64,000 nucleotides of DNA from NCBI GenBank assembly GCA_035500495.1, contig DATJXC010000073.1, forward strand, positions 4,841-68,840, written 5' to 3'. Shown in pieces: positions 37,448 through 48,700 of the stretch. The notes beneath the pieces are model-generated. The model was given only the letters and a program-made list of their open reading frames with translations. It did not search any database and was not told the DNA's origin. Made by a program: the position numbers and the translations under genes. The stretch's first letter is position 1. Every line of letters begins with the position of its first letter. Source of the stretch: Gemmatimonadales bacterium. Lineage in GTDB: Bacteria; Gemmatimonadota; Gemmatimonadetes; Gemmatimonadales; GWC2-71-9.

Positions 37448-39748
37448 ATGGCCGTGACCAGCACCCAAATCTGCAGCCATTGCGGAGAGGAGATCTCGCC
37501 CGGCGCTCGATTCTGCGCCAAGTGCGGCTCCGACGTCTCCGGGCAGCAGGGGGGGGTGGCGACTGTTCACGTGGATTCGTCGCCATTCGCGACGATGACT
37601 CAGGCCGGCCTCCTCGAAGCCCTGCGCCAGGCTACGCTCGGCGAATACGAGCTGATGGGCGAGCTCGGGCGTGGTGGGATGGCGACCGTCTTCCTGGCTC
37701 ACGACATCGCGCTCGATCGCAAGGTCGCGATCAAGGTGATGTCGCCGCAGCTCTTGTCGGGCGAAGGCATGGCCGAGCGGTTCAAGCGGGAAGCCCGCAC
37801 CGCCGGCGCGCTCAGCCATCCTCACATCATCCCCATCTACGCCGTCAAGGAGTCGGGCCAGCTCCTCTACTTCGTGATGAAGTTTGTGGAGGGCCGGCCG
37901 CTCGACTCGATCATGAAGGAAGTCGGCCCGCTGCCGATCGCCATGGTACAGACGATCCTGCAGCAGGTCGGTTCCGCGCTGGGTTACGCGCATCGGCGTG
38001 GCGTCGTGCACCGCGACATCAAGCCGGCCAATATCATGCTCGACGCCGAAGGCTGGGCGGTCGTCACCGATTTCGGGATCGCCAAGGTGTCTGAGAAACA
38101 GGGGCTTACGATGACCGGGGCCACCATGGGCACCCCGTCCTACATGAGTCCCGAGCAGTGCGCGGCGAAGGAGCTGACCGGCGCCTCCGATCAGTACTCG
38201 CTCGGTATCGTGGCGTGGGAGATGCTGGCCGGAAAGCTCCCGTTCGTGGCCGAGTCGGTGATGGCGGTGATGTACGCGCACTTCAACGAGCCGCCGCCTC
38301 CGGTCCAGGATGTGCGCGCCGATTGCCCGCCCGAAATCGCGGCCGGGGTCATGCGGATGTTGGAGAAGGACCCGGTCGCCCGCTTCCCCAACATCGAAGC
38401 GGCGGTGGCGGCGATCGGGGGAGCACCGCTCGCGCCCGACGATCCGGTCCGCACGCAGATGATGACATTGGCGGCCGCGGGTGACAACCTGAAAGTGGCG
38501 CAGCGATTCTCCACTCCGATCAGCGGAACCCCGATCGGCGTGAAAGCCGGGGGCACGAGCGCCTCCGGCCGACAATCCGTCGCCTCGATCGTCATTTCGC
38601 CGATGCAGGTCACCGTAAGCGTCGGGGCCGCGGTGCAACTGCTGGCTACGCCCAAGGCTCGCGGCGGATCCACGATCGCCAACAAGCGGGTGACGTGGGC
38701 GTCCACCAACACCGGCGTGGCCAAGGTTTCGCCGTCGGGGCTGGTGACCGGCATTGGGCCGGGTGTTGTCACCATCACCGCGTCGACGGAAACGACGAGC
38801 GCCACGGCGACCATCACCGTCGTCGCCGAGCAGGCACGGCGACGTAAGGTGCTGTACGCCGTCGCCGCGGTGTTGCTGCTCGTCGCTGGCGCCGGTGCCT
38901 ACCTGTTCGGACCATGGTTCCCCGGCCACAACGTGGCGGGACCCGGTAGCGCGGCGGCCCCCGATTCAGCAACCGGGCACGTTGCCGCCGTGCCCAGCGC
39001 GCCGCCACCGACGCCGCCGGCAGCGCAACCGGAATCCACCGCGCCCTCCGCCCGACCGGCCGATCGCCGGGGTGCCCGGCAGGCCCCGCCGCCCGCACCT
39101 TCCACCGCTTCAGCGACCGCGGTGCGCGATAACGCCGACGCCGCCGCCGCGCGGACCGCCGCGCAAACCGCACATGATCAGGCCGTCGGAGCCGGGGCCC
39201 CTGCGCTGGATCTGACCGCCGGCGACGCCGAAGTGCGGACTGGAGATCTACTGGTCCAGCGTGGGCAGCCGCGGGATGCGATCGGCCACTTCAGCAATGC
39301 CATGGTGAGCTACAACGCTGCGGCCGCCCGGGCCCGCGCGGCCGCCTCGCAACAGGCCGCCCGTCCAGTCGAGCCGCCCCCGACGACCGCCCCGGTCACG
39401 CCAACCGCCGATCCGCGCCCCCAGATCCAGGCGGTGGTACAGGCGCAATTGCACGCCATCACGCAAGCCTTCGCCGCGCGGGACTTGAAGCAGCTTCAGA
39501 ACTCCTACCCGGGCATTTCCGCCGACAAGGTCGACGGGTTCAAGGAATTCTTCAAGAACGCTAGCGAAGTGACCGCCGTGCTAACGCCGGGTGAGATCCA
39601 GTGGGACGGCGACAGGGCGGAGGTGCCGATTACCGAAACGCTGCATTACCGCGACGGGGAAGGCAAGCACGAAGTCCCTGCCCAGAATCTGCGCGCCCAT
39701 CTCGAACGCCAGGCCAACGGGACCTGGCGTATCACCACCATCCAGTAG
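37448..39748 (+). CDS. Membrane Ser/Thr protein kinase: Zn ribbon, kinase, Big_2 Ig, TM, periplasmic helical + NTF2-like domain
   Basis: CSHC..CAKC; LGRGGM, VAIK, HRDIKPAN, DFG, GTPSYMSPEQ; V.W.S.N..VA.V...G Ig motif; TM after RRRK; start ATG 37448. Confidence 0.92.
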   Translation: MAVTSTQICSHCGEEISPGARFCAKCGSDVSGQQGGVATVHVDSSPFATMTQAGLLEALRQATLGEYELMGELGRGGMATVFLAHDIALDRKVAIKVMSPQLLSGEGMAERFKREARTAGALSHPHIIPIYAVKESGQLLYFVMKFVEGRPLDSIMKEVGPLPIAMVQTILQQVGSALGYAHRRGVVHRDIKPANIMLDAEGWAVVTDFGIAKVSEKQGLTMTGATMGTPSYMSPEQCAAKELTGASDQYSLGIVAWEMLAGKLPFVAESVMAVMYAHFNEPPPPVQDVRADCPPEIAAGVMRMLEKDPVARFPNIEAAVAAIGGAPLAPDDPVRTQMMTLAAAGDNLKVAQRFSTPISGTPIGVKAGGTSASGRQSVASIVISPMQVTVSVGAAVQLLATPKARGGSTIANKRVTWASTNTGVAKVSPSGLVTGIGPGVVTITASTETTSATATITVVAEQARRRKVLYAVAAVLLLVAGAGAYLFGPWFPGHNVAGPGSAAAPDSATGHVAAVPSAPPPTPPAAQPESTAPSARPADRRGARQAPPPAPSTASATAVRDNADAAAARTAAQTAHDQAVGAGAPALDLTAGDAEVRTGDLLVQRGQPRDAIGHFSNAMVSYNAAAARARAAASQQAARPVEPPPTTAPVTPTADPRPQIQAVVQAQLHAITQAFAARDLKQLQNSYPGISADKVDGFKEFFKNASEVTAVLTPGEIQWDGDRAEVPITETLHYRDGEGKHEVPAQNLRAHLERQANGTWRITTIQ

Positions 39749-39763
39749 CGCGAGCGGGGTCGC

Positions 39764-42700
39764 ATGCGAATCCGGCGGGCCGTCGTCGCCCTCGCAGCAG
39801 GTGCCCTCTTCGCCTGCACGACCGACAATGTGGTGGGGCCGAAGTCCGTCAAGGACCTGGTCGTTTCTCCCCCCAACCCGTCTCTCGTCGTCGGGGATAC
39901 GCTGATCCTCGCGGGGATCGCCACCGACGAGCACGGCGTGCAGTTCATCAGTACGGCCACTACCTGGCGGTCGAGCGATCCAGCGGTCGCCACGTTCGGC
40001 AGCGGGGGGCACCTGATCGCCGTGAGCCCGGGGACCACCACCGTCACCGCCACCCTGTCGGGTGTCTCGGCCACCACCACGGTGACCGTCACGCCGCCGC
40101 CCGCCATCGGCCTGAGCCGGGACAGCGTCGCATTCGCGACCATCGGGCACGGCACCGTGCCCGCCGCACAGACCGTGACCGTCGCCAACACGAGCGGGGG
40201 CACCCTGACCGGCCTCACCGACTCAATCGCCTACTCGGGAACCGACTCGAACTGGCTCCAGGTCGCGATTTCGAACCCCACCGCCCCCGACACCGTCACC
40301 CTGGCCCCGGTGCGCAGCGATCTCACGATCGGAACGCACACCGCCACCGTGTTCCTGCGGGCGCCCAAGGCCACCAACTCGCCCCAGATGGTTACCGTCA
40401 CCTACGTCCTCAGCGCGGGCGCGCCCGCGTCGGAGGTGATCGATTCGGGCAACGGCCAAGCCGCTCCGGTCAACACGGCGGTGCCGAAGGTCCCCGTGGT
40501 TCGGGTTCTCGATGCGTTCGCGAACCCGGTGCCGAGCGTACCCGTGACCTTCACGGTCCTCTCGGGCGGCGGCGTTGTAGTCCCGACGTCCGCCGTGCTC
40601 ACGGACGCCAACGGCCGAGCCCGGGTTACCTCCTGGACGCTCGGGACCAGTGTGGGCCCCGATTCGCTCACCGCGACGGCCGGGCCGCTGCCCTCGGCTC
40701 CCGTGATGTTCGTCGCGACCGCGATCGCCGGAGCGCCCGCCCACCTCCAGAAGGTGCTGGGCGACAGCCAGACCACATCCGTCGGGCTGAGCGTCCCCGC
40801 CGCTCCGACGGTCAAGGTCACCGATCAGTTCGGCAACCTGGTCGCCAATTCAGTGGTGACGTTCAGCGTGAAGTCCGGTGGCGGCAGCGTCACCGGAGCG
40901 ACCCCGACGACCGACGTAGCCGGTCAGGCGAGCGTGGGATCCTGGACCCTTGGAACGACCGCCGGGACACAACAGCTGCGGGCCGGGATCGCGACGGATT
41001 CGGTGTTCTTCACCGCGACGGCCACCCCCGATGCCGCCAGTCAGCTCACCCTCGTCACCGGGAACGGGCAGACCGCCACCGTCGGCACGGCGGTGCCCAT
41101 CGCGCCCAAGACGAAGGTGACGGATCAGTACGGCAATCCGGTGTCCGGCGTCGCGGTGACGTTCGCGATCGCTTCCGGCGGCGGCAGCGTCACCGGCGCG
41201 TCCGCCATCAGCGATGCGCTCGGTGAAGCAGCGGTCGGGAGCTGGACCCTCGGGACCAGCGCCGGTTCGAACAGCCTCACGGCCACCGCCCCGGGTCTCA
41301 CCGGCAGCCCTCTGACGTTCACGGCCACGGGAACGGCCGGTGCGGCGACACAGATCGCCCTCAACGCCGGGAACGGACAATCGGCCACGGTGAACACCGC
41401 GGTGGCCACCGCTCCGGCCGTCATCGTGGAGGATCAATTCGGCAACGCGGTCTCGGGAGTGAGCGTGACCTTCGCCGTGGCGTCGGGCGGTGGTACGGTG
41501 AATCCCACGACCGCCGTGCTGACCAACGCGAGCGGGATTGCCGCAGTCACCTCCTGGACGCTCGGCACCGCGGTCGGCTCGAACTCACTCACCGCCTCCT
41601 CGACCGGCCTCTCGGGCAGCCCCCTCACTTTCACCGCAACCGCCACGGCCGCGCCTGCCAGTCAGGTCGCCGTCAACGGCGGGAACGGCCAGTCGGCAAC
41701 GGTGAACACTGCCGTCGCGGTGGCGCCCTCGGTGATCGTGAAAGACCAGTTCGGCAACCCGGTGGCCGGCGTGAGCGTGACCTTCGCGGTGGCGAGCGGG
41801 GGGGGCAGCATCACCGTCGGAGCCGCGACCACTAACGCGAACGGGATCGCGACGGTCGGCAGCTGGACGCTCGGCACCACCGCCGGGAGCAATACCCTCA
41901 CCGCCACCTCCGGCAGCCTCACCGGCTCCCCCGTCACCTTCACCGCCACCGGGCTCCACGGCGCCGCGACGCAGATCGCGAAGTTCGCGGGCGACTCCCA
42001 GACCGCCGCGGTGGGCACCGCCGTGAGCACGCCGCCGGCCGCGGTCGTCCAGGATCAATTCGGCAATCCGGTTCCCGGCATCAGCGTCTCGTTCAGCGTG
42101 GGTTCGGGGGGCGGGAGTCTCACCGGGGGAGTCACGACGACCAACGCGAGCGGCATCGCCACGGTGGGAAGCTGGACCCTCGGCACCACCGCCGGCGCGA
42201 ACACGCTCGGCGCCACTTCGGTCGGCCTCTCCGGGAGTCCGCTCAGCTTCACCGCGACGGGGACTGCGGGCGCCGCGACGCAGATGGCGCTGAATGCGGG
42301 CAATGGCCAGACCGTGGCCGCCGGCAGCGCGGTTCCCATCGCTCCGTCGGTGACCGTCCGCGACCAGTTCAATAACCCCGTGGCGGGCGTCTCCGTGACC
42401 TTCGCCGTCGCCACGGGGGGCGGCAGTGTCACGGGCGGCAACGCCACGACCAACACGGTGGGCGTCGCGACAGTCGGCAGCTGGACGCTCGGCACCACGG
42501 CCGGCAGCAACTCCATCACGGCGACGTCGATCGGCCTCAGCGGCTCCCCGGTGAATTTCAGCGCGACCGGTACCGCCGGTGCGGCGACCCAGATCGCGCT
42601 GAACGCCGGGAACAACCAGTCGGCGACCGCCGGCACGCCGGTCGCGATCCCGCCGTCGGTGATCGTGAAGGACCAGTTCAACAACCCGGTGTCGGGAGTC

Positions 42701-45700
42701 GGCGTGACCTTCGCGGTCGCGACGGGGGGCGGCAGCGTCACGGGCGGCAGTACCACGACCAACGCGAGCGGGATCGCGACCGTCGGCAGCTGGACCCTGG
42801 GCACCACCGCGGGGACGAACACCCTCACCGCCACCTCCGGCAGCCTCACCGGCTCGCCCGTGACTTTCACCGCCACCGGCACCGCCGGCGGCGCGACGCA
42901 GGTCGCGCTCAACGCCGGTGACGGCCAGACCGCCGCTGTGGGAAGCGCCGTCGCCCTCCCGCCCTCGGTGATCGTCAAAGACGCGTTCAATAACCCGGTT
43001 TCGGGCGTGAACGTAACCTTCGCCGTTGTCACGGGCGGCGGCAGCGTCACAGGCGGGAGCGCCACCACCAACGCGGGCGGGATCGCGACGGTCGGCAGCT
43101 GGACTCTCGGCACGACGGCCGGGAGCAACACATTGAACGCCACCTCCGGTAGCCTGTCCGGTTCGCCGATTACCTTTACGGCGACGGCCACCGCGGGTGG
43201 CGCGACCCAGATCGTGCTGAACGCCGGGAACAACCAGTCGGCGACGGTCGGCACCGCAGTCACGATCCCACCGTCGGTGATCGTCAAGGACGCGTTCAAT
43301 AATCCCGTATCCGGGGTGAGCGTGACCTTCGGCGTCGCCACGGGCGGCGGCAGTCTCACAGGCGGCAGCGCCACGAGCAACGCGAGCGGGATCGCGACCG
43401 TCGGCAGCTGGACCCTGGGCACCACCGCGGGGACGAACACTCTCACCGCCACCTCCGGCAGCCTCACCGGGTCGCCCATCACCTTCACCGCTACGGGCAC
43501 CGCCAGCGGCGCGACGCAGATCGCGCTCAACGCCGGGAACAACCAGAGCGCGACGGTGGGGACCGCGGTGGCCGTGGCCCCATCCGTGATGGTGAAGGAC
43601 CAGTTCAACAACCCGGTGTCCGGAGTGTCGGTGACCTTCGCGGTCGCCACGGGGGGCGGCAGCGTCACGGGCGGTAGTGCCACGACCAATGCGAGCGGGA
43701 TCGCGACGGTCGGCAGCTGGACCCTTGGCACAACGGCCGGCAGCAATTCCCTGACGGCCACGTCCGGCAGCCTCACCGGCTCCCCGATCACCTTCACCGC
43801 CACCGGGACGGCCGGCGCCGCGACGCAGATGGCGCTGAATGCCGGGAACGGACAGGCGGCGACCGTGAACACGGCGGTCGCGGTGGCACCCTCGGTGATC
43901 GTGAAGGACCAGTTCAACAACCCGGTGTCGGGAGTCGGCGTGACCTTCGCGGTCGCGACGGGGGGCGGGAGCGTCACGGGCGGGGCGACGACGACGAACG
44001 CGAGCGGGATCGCGACGGTCGGCAGCTGGAGGCTCGGCACCGCGGCGGGAAGCAATTCGCTCACCGCCACGTCCGGGAGCCTGAACGGCTCGCCGGTCAC
44101 CTTCACCGCTACCGGGACCGCCGGCGGCGCGTCCCAGATCGCCACCTTCGCCGGCGACAGTCAGAGCGCGATCGTCGGCACGGTGGTCGGCGTCCCCCCC
44201 GCCGTCATCGTCAAGGACCAGTTCGGCAATCCGGTGGCGGGGGTTGCGGTGACCTTCGCGGTGGCCTCCGGAGGCGGCAGCATCACCGGAGCGAGCCCCA
44301 GCTCGAACGCGAGCGGCGTGGCTACGGTGGGCAGCTGGACCCTGGGTGCCGTCGCTGGCAAGAACACCCTGACCGCCACCTCGAGCGGCCTCACCGGGTC
44401 GCCGCTCACCTTCACGGCGACCGGCCTTGCGAGCGCCGCGACGACGATGGCCGCGGTGAGCGGCACGGGCCAGACCGACACGATCGGCGCGACCCTCGCC
44501 TCGCCCTACGTCGTGATCGTCACCGACGGGGTGAATCCGGTCTCCGGGGTCCCGGTCACCTGGGCCGTGGTTTCGGGCGGGGGATCGCTCACGGCGGTGG
44601 TCGCGACGACCGACGTGAACGGCCACTCCAGCGCGAAGCAGATCCTCGGGCTCGCGGGCGGCGCCCAGGCGGTCACGGCCTCGGTGGGCGGTCTCACGGG
44701 GTCGCCCGTGACGTTCACCTCCACGGCCACGCACGGGAACGCCGCGAGCATCGCCCTGAAGGACGGTTCCGCGCAGAGCGACACCATCGGCGCCACGCTG
44801 GCCAATCCCTACCGCGTCACCGTGAGCGATCGCGGCGGGAATCCCGTGCCGGGCGTCACCGTCAGTTGGGCGGTCAATTCGGGCGGCGGCTCGATCACGG
44901 CCTCCTCGAGCAGCGACGCGAGCGGCATCGCCACCGCAACCCGCACCCTCGGCACGACAGTCGGGGTCACCGCTGACCAGGCCACGGCCACGGGGCTCGC
45001 CGGGTCGCCGGTCGCGTTCAGCGCCACCATCACGAACGGGCAGGCGAAGACGATCGCGCTCACAGGCGGGAACGCGCAGACCGACACCGTCGGCAAGACG
45101 CTGCCCGTGCCCTACACCGTCACCATCACAGACCGCGGCGGCAATCCGGTTTCGGGCTACACCGTCACCTGGGCCGTGACCTCCGGTGGCGGCTCGATTA
45201 CGCCCACCTCCATCTCCAACGCCGCCGGCGTCGCGAGCGCCTCCCGGACGCTGGGGCCGACGGCCGGCGCGCAGACCGCGACGGCGAGTGGCACGGGGCT
45301 CACGGGATCACCGGTAACGTTCACGGCGACGGGTGTGAACGGCGCGGCGGCGACTATCGCCCTTTCGGCCGGAAACGCGCAGACCGATACCATCGGCGCC
45401 ACGCTCGCCACGCCCTACAGCGTGCTCGTTACCGATGCCGGGAGCAATCCCGTGGCCGGGGTGACCGTCACGTGGGCGGCGACGGGCAGCGTTGGGTCGA
45501 TCACGCCGTCCTCGATCACCAACGCGAGCGGCATTGCGACCGCCACGCGCGTTCTTGGTAGCCCGCTTGGCGCCCAAACGGCAACCGCCACCGTGACCGG
45601 GCTCACCGGCTCTCCGGTGACCTTCACCGCCACCGCGACAGCCGGGAACGCGAAGACGATCGCCCTGAACGGCGGCAACACCCAGACCGATACCATCGGG

Positions 45701-48700
45701 GCGACGCTCGCCACGCCGTATGCCGTGCTCGTTACCGACCGTCTTGGCAATCCGGTGTCCGGAACCACGGTCTCCTGGGCGGCGACCGGCGGCGGTGGCT
45801 CGATCACCCCGTCCTCGATCTCTAACGCGAGCGGTCTTGCCACTGCGACCCGGGTGCTCGGTTCCGTCCTCGGCAGCGAGACCGCCTCCGCCACGGTGTC
45901 CGGACTCACCGGGTCCCCGGTGAATTTCAGCGCGACCGCCACGGCCGGGCATGCTACGACCATCGCGCTCGCCGGCGGGAATTCCCAGACCGACACCATC
46001 GGAGCGACGCTCGCCACGCCCTACACCGTGCACGTTACCGACCGCCTCGGGAACGATGTCTCCGGGACCACGGTGACCTGGGCGGTGACCGGCGGCGGCG
46101 GCTCGATCACCTCGTCGTCGATCTCGGACGCCGGCGGGATCGCCAGCGCCACGCGGACACTCGGGAACGCCACCGGGGCCAACGCGCAGACGGCGACCGC
46201 CACGGGGACGGGTCTCACGGGGTCGCCGGTGACCTTCCTCGCCACGGCGACGGCCGGTCTGGCGGCGAACATCGCCCTCAACGCCGGAAACGCCCAGACC
46301 GACACCATCAACGCCACCCTGCCGACGCCGTACTCGGTCCTCGTCACCGATCGGGGCGGGAACCCCGTGTCCGGCACCACCGTGACCTGGGGCGTGACGG
46401 GCGGCGGCGGCTCGATCACGCCGTCTTCGAGCTCCAACGCGAGCGGCATCGCGAGCGCCACTCGGGTCCTCGGGACGACCGTGGGAGCCGGCTTCCAGAC
46501 CGCTCAGGCCGGCGTGACCGGGCTCGCCGGATCTCCGGTGACGTTCAGCGCCAGCGCGATCGCCGGAAACGCCACGACAATGGCGTTGAACGCTGGAGAC
46601 GCGCAGACCGATACGATTGGCGCCACCCTCGCCACCGCGTACTCCGTCCTCGTGACCGATCGACTGGGAAACCCCGTGGCCAACCAGACGATCGCCTGGG
46701 CCGCGACGAGCGGTGGGGGCAACATGACGCCGGCCTCGAGCTCGACCAACGCCCTGGGCATCGCCTCCTCGGTACGGACCCTTGGAACGAGCCTCGGATC
46801 CCAGACGGCGAACGCGACGGCCGCGCTCACCGGCTCGCCGATCGGCTTCACCGCCACCGCGACCCACGGCAATCCGGCCGCCATCTCCGTCAGCGGCGGT
46901 GACGCGCAGACTGACACGATCGGCGCGACGCTCGCCATCCCCTACAGCGTGACCGTGACGGACCGCGCGGCCAACCCCGTCGCGGGCGTGACCGTGAACT
47001 GGAGCGCAGGGGGCGGTGGATCGATCACCACATCGTCCGTAACGAGCGGGGGCGGCGTCGCGACCGCCAGCCGCACCCTTGGAACGACTGCCGGGACGCA
47101 AACGGCGCAGGCCGACCCGGGCTTCGGCGTGACGCCCGCTTCCTTCACCGCGACGGCCATGCCCGGCAATGCCAAGACCATCGCGCTGAACGCCGGCAAC
47201 GCCCAGATCGACACGATCGGCGCGACGCTGGCGACGCCGCTCAGCGTGCTCGTGACCGACCGTGGCGGCAATGCCGTCCCCGGAGTGACCGTCACCTGGA
47301 CCGGCTCGGGTGGCGCGACCCCGTCCACTGGGTCCAACACCACTAACGGCAGCGGGATCGCGAGCGTCTCCTTGACGCTCGGGACCGTGGCCGGGGGCCA
47401 GGGCGCGACGGCGACTTCGGGCGTCCTCACCGGTTCCCCGGTGAACTTCAGTGAGACCGGGACGGCCGGTCACGCGACGCAGATCGCCATCAACGGCGGC
47501 AATGGACAATCGGCGACGGTCAACACGAATGTGGCGACGGCCCCGTCGGCGATCGTGCGCGACCGCGCCAATAACCTGGTTCAGGGAACCGGGGTCACCT
47601 TCGCCGTGACGGGCGGGGGCGGGAGCGTCAGCCCGACCTCGGCGATCCTGACGAACTCGAGCGGCATCGCGCAGGTGACGTCCTGGACCCTCGGCACCGT
47701 CGCCGGGACCAACAACAACACCCTCTCGGCGACGTCGGGCACCCTCAGTGGAAGCCCCCTCGCCTACACCGCCTCCGCCACGCCGGGCGCCGTCAGCGCG
47801 GCCCAGTCCACCGTGGCGGCCGGGACCGCCTCGATCACCGCCTGCAGCACGAGCTGCGTCGCGGGGACGACAGCGTCGGTCATCACCGTCACGGCAAAGG
47901 ATCAGTTCGGTAATCCGGAAGGTGCAGGCCTGACCGTGAACCTGAGCGGAAGCACGGGAACGAACAACAGCTTCTCCCCCTCGGCCAGCGGGACTACCAA
48001 CGGGAGCGGGCAATTCACCGCCACCTTCAGTTCCACGAAGGCGGAAGCCAAGACGATCATCGCTTCGGTCGGAGGCACGACCGTCACCACACAGCCGACC
48101 GTGACCGTGAACCCGGACGTCGTGCTTCTCACCCTGTCCACGTTCACGGCCGGGACGGCCAGCATCACGGCCTGCTCAACGAGCTGCGTCGCCGGTAGTA
48201 CCGCCTCCACCCTGACCGCGACGGTAAAGGATCAGTTCTCGAATCCAATCAGCGGGAAGACGGTGACACCGAGTTGCTCCGTCGGCACGAGCTGCACCTT
48301 CTCGCCTACCAGCGGATCCACCAACGGCAGTGGCGTATTCCAGTCGAACTTCAACTCGACGCTGGCTCAAGCGAAGACGATTCAGGCCGCGGTGACGGGC
48401 TCCGGGACAATCACGCAAACGGCCGGAGTCACTGTGAACGCGGCGGCGCCGTTCTCGGTATCGGTAAGCAATCAGGCACAGGCGGCGCGCATCACGACCG
48501 GTGTTGGCACTCGGCCTACCTACACGGTGTTCGACCAGTTCTCGAACCCCGTCCCCACAACGGCGTTCACCGTCGCCGCGGCGGGTGGCGGGAGTGTCAG
48601 TCCGACTTCGGGGTCAACGAATGCCAGTGGCCAGGTCACCCTGACCAGCTGGACCATGGGCAGCAGCGGGACTGAAACCGCTCGCGGCGGGTTCGTGAAT

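Noticed and set aside
41585-48013. Very long minus-strand ORFs (1049, 696 and 901 aa) opposite the giant gene
   Set aside because: Antisense shadows of a GC-rich repetitive CDS; the translations mirror the repeat and have no motifs or RBS
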